64,000 nt of DNA from Paraspadella gotoi (taxonomy: Eukaryota; Animalia; Chaetognatha): NCBI GenBank assembly GCA_051294375.1, contig CM119266.1, positions 6,961,431 through 7,025,430 on the forward strand, written 5' to 3'. Below, in pieces: positions 41,201-55,950 of this stretch; positions within the stretch are counted from its first letter, which is position 1; each line of letters opens with the position of its first letter. The notes under the pieces were generated by a model. It searched no databases and was not told where the DNA came from. It saw nothing but the letters and a program-made list of their open reading frames with translations. The position numbers and the translations under genes were made by a program.

Positions 41201-41966
41201 CAACAATCACCCTCTAACATCTAACCAAATTAAATGGTTATTAGGTTACCGTAAAAAGCGATGGCGTGATGCCCTCAAAGTTCCCTTCCAAATTAACCTT
41301 CAGTTTCCACGATTGCGATATTTCAGTCACGTCCATATTGTTCTTCTTTAACTTGGAAAAGACGTCTGATACCCAGAGCGACTGTGGGAAAAAAAGGGAC
41401 AAGCGACTTACCTTGAGGCTTCGTTTTGTCCACTTATGGATTTTTACAAGATGCTACGTACAACTACATAATATTTTCTTTTCACATCAACTAACATCGT
41501 TCGCATCGCTTCTCAGTTATCCCTCATTTTTGACGACCTGCTTGTGCGACTTGGACAATAGTCTCTGCTCCAAAATGGCCTCCAGCCTCGGATCAATGGC
41601 CTCCGTGGCCGGATCCGTCCACGGCCACCTCGCCTCTATGCGTGGACGACCGGTTTCGGGCGTCAGTCGCGTGCAGGCAGCGAGGCAGGCGGCCACGACG
41701 CCGCCGACGGCCAGCCCTCCTCGTCCCAGCGCCCCGTTCGGTTTCGATGCCGGCCCAGTGGCGCCATCGACGACGCTTTTCATCGCCGTCCCCAATGCGA
41801 CGCCACAAAGGGGCAGAAAGAAAGAGGAAGTGGAACCGTAGAGAGGGATGACTTGGAGAGACGCCGCCGAGAGACTGCAGCCGGAGAAGTCATCGGGTGA
41901 GAGTGCCAAGAAGTCGGGCACAGAAGATTCCTCCCCGTCGGACGAGAGGGCGGGATCGGCCGACAT
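38291..41966 (-). CDS. OMA1-like M48 zinc metalloprotease, 5 exons (41966-41538, 41381-41298, 39817-39610, 39307-39105, 38434-38291), ~355 aa
   Basis: TPETGRPR, QLGYAMGHELGHVICGH (HExxH), LPYMRLIEREADVVGLKLAAKACF, EWRSTHPS..R..LQSLLP..NCP* parallel OMA1; all junctions are phase-consistent. Confidence 0.85.
40188..40623 (-). ncRNA. Hairpin element carrying a minimal type-I hammerhead-ribozyme core (Penelope-like), with loop II interrupted by repeat family A
   Basis: Minus strand: CUGAUGA(40544-40538)-A-GACUC..GAGUC-GAAA(40243-40240)-CAUG-UU, enclosed by a perfect 24-bp inverted repeat (40190-40213/40561-40584); ~13-bp duplication aa(a/g)tcttaatcaa on both flanks. Confidence 0.65.
40249..40530 (-). 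repeat. ~280-bp copy of repeat family A
   Basis: Reverse complement matches the unit of the 55951-56665 array from taatacttaagggagtgg to caatttcata. Confidence 0.9.
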
Positions 41967-42414
41967 CTAACAGTTGGACCGACGCGGTTCGGAAGTCGGA
42001 GTCATCGAATTCATCGTCATTATCGAAATGGACTAACTTGATTATCAATATATAAAATAAATTAGAAATAACACATAATATTGAATAATTCGATTTAAGT
42101 AGGCTCTCGCCGACTGGAATCCTCTTTTTTTCGGGTTTTGGCGGGTCAGAACTTTTGAAACTTGGGTAATTTGTAATAAAAATTCTAACGGGGTTAAAAC
42201 TAAATAAAAGTGATATCTATCTAAAACAAATTTTATGGCCCTAAAATTTAGTTGCTCAAACCGTTCTGACAAATTTTTCAATATAGGAATTATATACGCA
42301 ATTTTTTAAATTTAGAATGAAATGTTAACCAGTTTTTAACATTTTTTAAACAGCAATGCTATGGCTAAATTCGCTATACTGTTGTTATATGCTAAAGGAT
42401 AGCAGTGCCTCAAC

Positions 42415-42449
42415 TTTTAATTTAGCTTGAGGCTCAAGCTAAATTAAAA
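42415..42449. other. 35-bp palindrome (two perfect 17-bp arms, 1-nt spacer)
   Basis: ttttaatttagcttgag-g-ctcaagctaaattaaaa. Confidence 0.9.
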
Positions 42450-42907
42450 TTACGATGTTCAACTGTTCGTAGCATTCAAATTTTTCGTCCATCAGCGCCA
42501 TAAGTCGAAGCCGGAACAAATTCGAAGTATAGAATGTGTAAAATGAACACCTCTAATTCCATATTGAAGTTTGAACTTAGAGTTCACAAAAGTTCATTTA
42601 GTACGGACGAACTTTAACCAAGGCAACTTGTCGGGAACTTTAACTCTTCAGATTTTCCTAGGTCTGTTCTGATCTGCTTCTGGATTTAAATAATTACTTT
42701 CCATCCGCTCTCTGACTGGATCAGCAACAACAGTTTAAACAGTCGGTTATATTTTCAACAAAAAGTGATATTCCTATTAAAAAAGAGAAAAATATTTAAT
42801 ATTCATGGGTAACAAATAGGTAAAAAAAATTTAAGAAAAAAGGCTCTAAAAAAATTGGCACTGTCCACAAAATCACAAAACGTTGTTGTTCCATATCATC
42901 ACGAAAG

Positions 42908-45900
42908 TCACTTCCCCTTGCCACCTCTACCACCACCTCTACCCTTACCCCCTCCTCTACCCCCTCCTCTTCCCCCACCCCGAGACGAGCCCCCTGTCGG
43001 CTTCTTGGCCTTGACAGCCGTCGCCGCCACGCCATCGTCATCTTCCACGTCGTCCGCCTCGTCTTCATCGCCTAGGAACCCGCCCTCAAAGGTAAGATCC
43101 ACGACGGGTTTGGCCTTGCGGGTCTTTTTTACGCCGACGTCGCTGGAATATGGGGTCATGTGACCCTCTTTGTTGTAGGTCCGGGTCAAAGCGGCCTTCG
43201 TCTAGATTGATGAATAAATGGTTCACTATGTAGAAAAAGAACCCTTTTTGATCACTCCATACCTTTGACGAAACCCCCGCCATGGGATCCGGCATTCCCG
43301 GCCATGCGTTGAGCTCCAAGACGGAATCCATGTCTTCCTTCAAAAGGTCGTAGCCGTGAAGCACCTCCATCACCTCGCCGACTCCGTCCGACTCTTTCGT
43401 CACCAAAGGCCTCGTCAATGCCGACGCCAACGGTGACATGTAGTCCATCATTAAGTCGCGCGAAGATCCACTGATTCTGATAAAATTAACATCATAACGT
43501 TATATTAATAATATTTCTTTTTAAAAAGGCAGAATGAAGCTATAGAAATGCAAGAGAATCAAAGATCTATATGAAGAGTCATCCTCATCAATCCCCAACC
43601 TGAGCCTAGCGTGCGCCTGCAATTCCGTCAACTGCCTGGCCGCCTTGTTGCTCTTTGAATGCTTTCCCAACCAAGCAGGAAAATTAGTCTGAGCCGTCCA
43701 ATGTCCCCGCATGATCTCGCCAGGCAGCACCGAGGCGAAGATGGCCTGCGTCGGCAACAGGTTCCAACTCTGCGCCGAACGGATCCGTCGATCGACGAGA
43801 TCGCCTGCCGCGATGGCGCTGGCGGCGCGGGAGAGGCTTCGCAGATGCAGGCGTCGATCCCCGCGGGCCGCGGACGGGACGATTGACGGGTAGTTCTCCT
43901 GGACGAAGAGCGGCGCGAGAGAGTAATCGTGGAAGAAGAGGTCGCTCTTGTCGATGAGGCTCATCTTCGCCGTCTCCTCCGTCGTTTCGAAGACCTTTCG
44001 CACAGCCTCGAAGGGCCCGATCTTGAGGTCCTTCTTGGCGTCGGCAGCGGCGGCGTCCGCCTTGTCGGCCGAAAGCTCCTTGGAATCGGCCGTCCACATG
44101 CTGATGTTGTGGATGATCTGGCGCACATCGTGGTTGGCCAGGGCGATGACGTTGTTGAGCGCGGCGGGTTGGATTTTGACGCCCTCCTTGAAGCAGATGG
44201 AGAGGACGGCGCCGCGGATCTGTTCGAGACGCGGCCGATAGAAGCGGAGGTCGTAACAGTAGTTGGCCAAAGAACGGACCTTGTTGCTCTGCCGATCGTT
44301 GCACATGGCGATGACAGGGATTCCCGTCTTTTTGATCAACTGAATGAGCTCACTCATACCGCCGCGGTCCTCGTTGCCCGACATGCCGTCCACCTCGTCC
44401 ATGATGAGGCAATGCTTGTGACCGCCAGTCGAGATTCGATCGGCGGAGACAAAATCGGTGACGGTGTGGTTGTTCAGCAACTCTGCCACAGTCTCCTTCA
44501 AGCTCTTTTGGTTTCGACGATCAGAGGCGTTGAGCTCGACGTAGGCGAATCCCAACTCTTGACAAGCGAGGGTGGCCGAAGTCGTTTTGCCGACGCCGGG
44601 CGGACCCGAAAGCAGCGCCGCACGGAATCCTCGCCCGTCGTCCTTGGGACCGCCGCGCCCGCCGGTGGATCGAACGGGCAAGGCCTCGGCGCCAGAGTGC
44701 CATTTGTGCCAGTTGGAGAGCCAGAAGAGCAGCTTCTTAACGTTGGAGGCATCGCCCTGTTGGCCTATGATTTGTTTTACAGATTTGGGGCGATACTTGT
44801 CGACCCAGAGCTCCGATTCAGCTTTGCTTGACAAAGAGGAGGGAGGAGCTTGGCCCTTAGGCGCAAATGGGGACGAAAGCTTGAGCTTTTCACCGGAGGA
44901 AATGTTCGGTTTTATCTTGTCGGTCGTCGGAGCGGCCATCTTGTTCTTGACGGTCGTAGAGGGGACCAGCTTGGTTTTGTCGGTCTTAGGTTTTATCTTC
45001 GCCGAGGAAACTGAAGGCTTGAGGTCGTTAGCTGCTTGATCAATTTTGGTTACGGAAGAGTCCGCTTTAAATTTGTCGGGAATTGACTTCGCATTTCGTT
45101 CCACTTTAGAGAGTTTTTCACTATTAGTCGAATTCGATTTCCCTTTCTTGACATGAGAAACTTCCTCCTTGATCTTTTTCGACTTCTCGGGACTCAACTG
45201 GCGACGATGGGGCTTTTCCTCAATTTTCGTGAACTGTGACGTTGATTCGATCTTCTTTGACGGCGAATCCTCGGTCGTCCTCTTTCGCGGCGATCGTCGT
45301 AGATTTTTGTTCTCGTTCGGCGAACAAACTTTTTCTCTTTTAGACGGAGAAGTTTCGACTGACTGCGTGGGCGAATATTTTACTTTGGACAACTGTTCTT
45401 TGTCGCCTTTCGATAGTAACGGATCCACATCGACCCACTTCGACGGCGAGGTTTCGATTTTGTCCCGTTTCGACGGCGACAAATTAGTTTTGTCTCGTTT
45501 AGCACCGTTAACTTCCTCTTTGACAACATCTTTCGTCGCCGCTTTGTCCTTTGTCGCCGCGTCGCCATTTGCGACTTTTTTTTCGACGCCACGAGTCGGC
45601 GTTTTGTCGACGCGTGTCGGGATGGCGGCGCCGAAATAATGAGAGGCTGAAATGACGGGCGACTTAGCAGCCTTCTTCAACGGTTCGACGGCGAAGGAGG
45701 CGACTTTAGGCTTTTTCGACTTGGGCGCGAAATCCTCGCCGTCCGAATCTGAATCGATGACGTTCTTCTTCGTCTTTTTGTTTCCGACGCCGCCGCCGCC
45801 GTTCTTTTGTTTGGCAACCGGCGGAGTTTGAGGCACAAAGTTGTCTTCGTCATCGTCGTCATCATCAAAGTCTACGGCTTTCGATTTGACGGGGCGTTTG

Positions 45901-46016
45901 ATTTTGTCAGCATCCGCCAGTGTCTTCCGCTTTTTCGAGTTTGTCGCGTCTTTTGAAGAGTTGTCTTTCTGATTCGCAAGTCCCGCTTTGGGTTTAAAAA
46001 AACTTCGGATATCCAT
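42908..46016 (-). CDS. RFC1: Replication factor C large subunit; 3 exons (46016-~43600, ~43478-43262, ~43203-42908); no BRCT domain visible
   Basis: MDIRSFF start, LWVDKYRP, Walker A GPPGVGKTT, ELNASD, Walker B CLIMDEVDGMSGNEDRGG, RFC1 C-terminal domain (FFHDYSLAPLFVQENY..FPAWLGKHS..SKVKAALTRTYNK). Confidence 0.96.
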
Positions 46017-46182
46017 AGTTTCGATTAAGAGCGGAAGACGGGCCAAATTAGACCCTCTCAGAGTTACAAACAAAAACCTGCGAATAAAAAGTCAACAAAA
46101 CGTTAAGGATCGAAATAATAACGGAAAACACGATCTAAAAATATCAACGAAAACGCATAACAAGGAATAACAGTTTTTCAAT

Positions 46183-49100
46183 TCACTTTTTCCCCTTCTC
46201 CTTCCCTTTCTTTTTTCTCCTCCCACCCTTCTCGCCCTCTTCCTCGTTCTGTCCCAACGCCTTGAACATCCTCTTCCTAATGTCCTTCTCCTTGGCCAAC
46301 TTGTGCCCCTCCACTCGTTGCATCTCCTTCCTGTGGGCCTGGACCCGCTTGACCATGGCCACCTTCTCCTTTCTTTTCTTTTCTTCGTGCAGAGTCTTGA
46401 CCATCTCCATGAGGTGGCCCATCTCCTGCTCCCGCGGTTCCTTGATGACGACGACGCGGTCGGCCAGCGCCGCGTCACCTTTCTTCGTCGTCTCCTTGGA
46501 TCTAGCCCTGAAGGGCAGGGTCTTTTTGAGAGCGGCGGGGACGACGAAGGGAGCGAAGACGCGCGGCTTCCGCTTGATGTCGCGATAGTTGCTGTCGGGA
46601 TTTTGCGGGGCAGTGAGGGAGCGCTCGAAGCGGAGCTGGCCGACCGTCTTCATGCCTTGCCAATCCCCGCGTTCCTCAAACGGAAGAAGAAGCGTCGTGA
46701 TGGGGTTGTAGAACTTGGGGATGGGGACTCGGAACCAAGTCCGAAGAAAGACGATGTCGCTCAGAAGGATTTTGTCTTCGAAGGTGGCGCGAAAGGCACC
46801 GTCGGGGGCTTTGATGGCTTTCTTGACCACGCCGCGAATGCCGGAGACGGTGCGGATAGCGGCGCCTTCGAACTTGGCCACTTCAAGAGAACTGGTGAAC
46901 ATGTCCTTTACAAAAGCCGTCTTCTTGAAAATCTTCAACGGAGTACCAGTCAATTTGAGCTTTTTTACGATCTCTGTGGATTTATCGAGATCCAAAACAA
47001 CGCCTGTGGCAGCGATTCGAAAGTCAGACGATGACTTTTGCTGCTGCAGCGCCAAAATACCAGAACCCTGTGGCGTTATGGGTCCCCAAAAGGTAGCGGT
47101 GCAGTGAAGATGCTCCGGCGTGTACTTGAGCATTCTTTGACGATAGTTGTGATCCTGAACGGAGTAAACCGGAACCGTCTGAAACCGTCGCCAGCCCAGC
47201 GATACCATGAGAGGATCCCTGTTCTTGAGAATCCTCTTGTGCCAACGATGTTTCTTTAATCTCGCCCTCAAATACCCGACGGCGCTCTCTCCGCTCAACA
47301 AGGCACCTACGATGATCGGCGATCGAGGGTCAAACTTCTCCACAAACTCGCATGGGACATCGTGTAATTCGAGACGGACGTAGAGACCCGGGCGGAAGCC
47401 TTCAAGTTTGGCGCGAGTTTCATCGTCGAGAGCGGCGAACTCTTGCCGGTTGAGGATCGACTGGGCCTCCGCGGCCGAGCGCAACTCGTCGTAATGTTTC
47501 CCGTCCGTTTCTTTATTGTCGTATTGCAGATCGAACATTTCCTTCAACTGTCGCTTCTTCTCCATTCGTTTTTGTTTCTCTGTTTTTTCTTCTTTGTTTT
47601 CTTCTTCCTTTTCTTTCTCCCCGTCCTCCTCTTCGTCCTCTTTCTCCTCCTTTGCCTCTCTCGTCTCTCCAGTCTCCAAATCTTCAAAATCCCCGAAGAC
47701 GTCGTCGTCGTCGTCGACCTCGCCGTGGGCGGCCAATCTCTTCTCGGCGTCGGCGGCGCCCCAGTCGCCAGTCACGAAGCAGTCGGCGATGAGGGCGAGA
47801 GTGTCGGGATCGCTCCAATCGCGCGTCGACTTGGGCCGATCGAGGGTGCGGTCGGTTGCGTCGGCGAGAACGCGGGACTTTCGGTCGGCGTCTCGACGAT
47901 CCTGCGCGGCGCGGATGACGAAGAGGCCGCCGACTGGTTCGTTTTCCGTTTCCTCCTTTTTTTCTTCTTCTTCGCCGCCATAGACGAGTTTCATCCAGTT
48001 CTTCTTCTCCTTCTGATGTCGGGCGAAGGTGGATCGAGCCTTGGAAAGGAGGTCGTCCTTCCAGCGGAGCGCACCCGATTCTTCGGCGGCGGATTCGACA
48101 TCCATCGATTCATCTTCGGAATCATCTTCTTCTTCTTCTTCTTTATTTCCGTTAACTTTGACTTCGTCTTTTTCTTTCCCGTTATCCTCGTCATCGTCAT
48201 CTTGATCCATGGTTTCGTCGTCGTCTTCATCTTGATCGCTAGCTTCATCTTCCTCCTCCTCTTCCTCATCATCATCATCTCCCTCTTCTCCGTCTTCCTC
48301 CTCATCTTCTTCTCCCTCTTCAACTTGAAAAGCCCATTCGTTATCTGAATCTTCGTCTTCTTCTTCCTCATCATTATCATCCTCTTCCATTTCATCTTCA
48401 TCTTCGCTTTCCTCTTCGTCATCGTCATCTCCCTCGCTGGAATCGACTTGACCATCGAGTTGAGGCAATTTGCGCCTCCTCTTTGCGGCATTGAGAGATT
48501 CATTTTCTTCTTCTTCCTCCTCGGAAGTTCCTTCCTCGTCCTCATCATCGTCGTCCTCATCGTCTTCATCCTCCTCCTCGTCCTCCTCTTCATCGTCATC
48601 ATCCAAATCGTCATTCTGTTTTGACGAAGTAAACATCTTCACTGCCGAATCAGACTTAGGTTTTTTAGACTTAAGACCCACGTCAGCAGCATCTTGTTCA
48701 TTGTCTCCCTCGTCGTTATCATCATCATCATCGTCATCATCATCATCATCAACCTCTTCATCCTCCTCTTCATCTTCGTCTTCCAATACGTCAATCTTCT
48801 TCGAAGATGAAAACATTTTCACGCTTGAATCAGACTCAGTTTTTTTGGACTTGGGACCCAGGTCGGCAGTTTCCTGTTCACTGTCGTCGTCGTCGTCGTC
48901 GTCGTCATCCTCATCTTCATCCTCCTCCATTTTCTCAACCTCCTCCCTCGCCGGCCTCCTCGCCCTTCCGACTCCACCGCCCCTCGCCAAGTCTGCGTTG
49001 ACGACCGGTTCCGACTGAGTAAAGACGCTCAACCGCGCCTCCTCCATTCGATCGTCGAGAGTCCGTTCCGCCTTTGCCAACGCTTCCAACATCCCCGCCC

Positions 49101-50656
49101 GCGGCTCCTCGTCATCATCCTCCGCCTCGCCTTCTTTTCGCCTTCGCCTCCCGACGATGTCGACGTAAACGGAGTCCTTGTCGTAGAGAACGCCTCCGAC
49201 TCCGGCCATGGGTGCGTAGACGAGGCGCTCCTTCCGGTTGAGCGATCGTTTCTTCACCGTCTCCGGCAGAGGGCAAGGATCCGGCATCGGTGCCAGGGAG
49301 CGGAGCCGGAAATCGGCAACGCCCGGCACGTGAACGTCGGAGTCGGGCTTGAGGCTGGCGCCGCGAACGTAGCCGAAGAGGGCGACGCGTCGATCGCCCT
49401 TAGGGTGGAGACGAACGAATTCAGGGTCGGTGATGTCCTCCATTCGGTCGGCGAGGACGAAGGGATGAGTGGTGCGCCACTGGGGGGGGGGTGAGGAACG
49501 AGTAAATTAAGTTAAATATACAGTTAATATCGCGGTTAAAATAAATAAGTTCATTATTACTGTGAAAAGAAGACCTACCAGTACAGGATTGAACTTCATG
49601 ACCGAAATAAATCTTCCTAAATTGTGCACTTCACGTTTGAGATATTCTTCACGATCCAAACCCGAAAGATAAAATAGTTTTGCTCCCTGGTAAATTTCCG
49701 TCCAAAACCTGAGAAAAAAAAATTTAAGATCAAAAGTTATTAACATAACATTTTAACATTATAACATAATAACATAACATTATAACAAAATTCTTTGAAC
49801 GCGCCTGTGCTTCAGCTTCTTCTTGGTCTGCTTAAGTCGCTTCGAGTCTTTGATCATGTCGAGATGAGTCAACACTCCCATGATCTTAGGAAATCCGTGG
49901 ACTTGACAAACGTTGAGAAATTCAAACGTTTCCATTTCGAAACCGAAGTTGGCGTCTGGAGAGAAAAATATATTCGTCGTCAATGTATCTAATGTTCGCA
50001 TCTCTCACACAAACAAGAACCATTCAGTTTCGGCAACGGACCAATCATGAGTAGAACGAGGTCAGCAATCTTCGCCACGTCGATCATCGAGTAGACGTCG
50101 GCGGCGCATTCGACGAAGGTGATCCTTCGCTTCTTCCCGGAGACGACGGTGATGGGACCCACGGGGTGATTGACGCGTTGTTGAGCGAAGTTTTTCACGA
50201 GGCACTTGATGAGGGTGGTTTTTCCAACCTTTTTAAAAAGAGAAGGCGAGGATTAAAATAATCTTTTTAAAATAAAACTTATCACTGATCCCACCACCCC
50301 TCCAGCACCTTGGGCGGACCGACGAGAGCGACGACGAAAGGCGGAGGCTCGAGCGGCGTTCGATCCACATCGGGCAACCTCTTCCTCTTCTCCTTGATGT
50401 CCGCCGTCCGTCGGAATTTCTTCTCCAACTTTTTAACGTTGTTGAAGGCGAAGGCTTTGGGGTTGCGTTTCGGATCCGGCGCCAGGCGCTGTTTCTTGGT
50501 GCCATCGGCATCGCCGGCGCCTTCGACGCCGGCCTCGGCGTCATCGTTCGGCGCCGCTTGTTTGTCATGTTCCTTCTTAGCTTTCTTTTTTCGGGCCTTC
50601 GGTCCGCTCTGTCTAACATTGTGACGCTTTTTCGTGTCGTCCTCGCCCAGAGTCAT
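46183..50656 (-). CDS. BMS1: Ribosome biogenesis GTPase BMS1; 5 exons, last exon very large
   Basis: NPKAFAF, VDRTPLEPPPFVVALVGPPKVGKTTLIK, GPITVVSGKKRRITFVEC, GFEMETFEFLN, EGFRPGLYVRLEL, KKHRWHKRILKNRDPL, RATFEDKILLSDIVFLR. Confidence 0.97.
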
Positions 50657-50802
50657 TTTCGACAATTGTTTTTTTTTTCCAGTTTTTTTTAGTATTTTTT
50701 CTTTAGCGCTGCATCCATCGATACTTATAAATTAGAATAACTGAGCATTTTAAAAAAGGCGATTTTGAGAAGGGGAACTGGGGGAGTGGAAAAATGGGTA
50801 AA

Positions 50803-50942
50803 ATTTTACTTTCACCGAGCGGAGTTTGGGCGTATTTAGAAAAACCACTTAAAAATATCTATTTTTAAAAAAAATACAACAAAATTATTACTCAATTACT
50901 CTAACCCTAAACCGCCCTAATCCAGGTCGGCGAAAGTAAAAT
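50803..50942. mobile_element. 140-bp MITE-like inverted-repeat element upstream of BMS1
   Basis: attttactttcaccga (50803-50818) versus tcggcgaaagtaaaat (50927-50942), 15/16 complementary; imperfect pairing continues inward. Confidence 0.6.
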
Positions 50943-51352
50943 CATGCCAAAAAATGAAAACGAGAAGGGAAAACAAATTTTCCTTCATCTCGCGACGATC
51001 CAGAATAATTACTCTGTTTGGCTAAATGATTCTACGTCTATCGATTCGCTACTCTGTAACTGCTACGGTAATGCAACAAAAGTTAAAAATGAAATTTTTA
51101 TCAAATTGGTGATTCGAAGACAAAACTGCCACGAATTTTAAATAAACGTCCTTCAAATAATTAAAAACAAACTTAGTACCAAAGGAAAATTAAATGAGAC
51201 TGCAAAAATGACTGGAAACGATTGAATTCGGTAGTCGTTGTCAGAAAAAAGAATCGCGACCTGAATGAAAAAATAAAATAAAATAAATAATATAATATAA
51301 ATATAATTTAATAATAAATAAGTCGTTTTTGACTCACCCTGCTTCTCTTCCT

Positions 51353-54622
<3,270 letters not shown>

Positions 54623-55950
54623 GACCGCGTGAGGGAGGATTTTATTTGATAAGTCGAATCTTTTATGTCACTTTCCATTCACTTGTCAACCTTGTTAAGT
54701 TCTATCTTAAATCAAAAGTAAATAAACATCGAGATCCCAAATTTATTATACCTGGATAGTCTGATAGCAAGAAACAAAGGAACCACGTGAGTGATTTCCC
54801 GAAACACTGGAGGAAACAATTTAATTTTGAATCTAAATTGCGATAAATAAAATAAATATACACAACGATGTAACTTCCCAAGTGAAGGACATTAGATTGG
54901 CGTGAATGAAGTTGATGGCAGTTCACGGACAATGAGAGGTTGCCGCCAAACAAATCCAAGTCGTCCACATTCCGACACGAGATTTTTACGTTTACCAACG
55001 CGAAGAATATCTTTTCACAAGACGATTTTCCTCACATTCTTGAGATAAAAAATGAAAACGCGTTGAACAATGACTCCCCACCGCCTCCCCAGCATGCTCC
55101 ACCGCCATGCTGGACCTGTTTTCTCGCTTTCTTCACTGATTTTTCTTTCTTTTCTTTCATTTGATTCATTTGAAGACTGAATCATGTTTCGACTCGGGAA
55201 TCGAAAACAGAGAACTAGGGCGAACAAAAGATCACGTATTTTACTTTAAAAAATTTAGTTATAATTATTGAATTATTGACAATAAGAATGTGGAAGTAAA
55301 TAATTGAGTAATTACTATGTGATATATAAGATGTATTAATTCGCAAAAAAGCTTTGTTGATGAGAAGTTTATTTCATATCATCCATCAGCAACAAAATAA
55401 AACCAACAAATAAAAATAGAAGCTGAAGCTGAAGGAAGCTGAAGGAAAACTAATCTACGATATCATTTCTATATTTTCATCGAAATGAGACAAAACTTCA
55501 TTTCAGTTTATGTCAGTATAATTATTAGTAAATTATTATTGAGGTCATTAACTTAAAATGATAAATTGATGATAATTATATGATATACTATATAGCTTTT
55601 CATCATAACTTAATATTTATAACTAACTTCTTCTTATGTCTAAATGATCATCATACCACGATCGCGCAATTTCTCAAATATTTAATTAAAGAAGAGAAGA
55701 ATTGTCTTTTGTCAATTGATGCAATCAAATGGTGGTCATGGAGACCAATGACGCCATTAAAAATGTCAGATTTGGAAAATTCCTTGATATTAAAATAAAT
55801 TTAACCTTTTAATCTTGAATTAATTAGTGCTGCATGTTTTTTCAATTGAAAATTTACTTAAATTAATATTAAGGCACCGGATAACTTTTTATACATTGCA
55901 TTATAAAAAAGTCTTGTCGTGTCGAAGTTTTTGTCCCGTTTTATTACATA

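Noticed and set aside
46017-46073. 19-residue N-terminal extension of RFC1 in the ORF track
   Set aside because: Starts at a non-ATG codon; MDIRSFF matches the conserved RFC1 start
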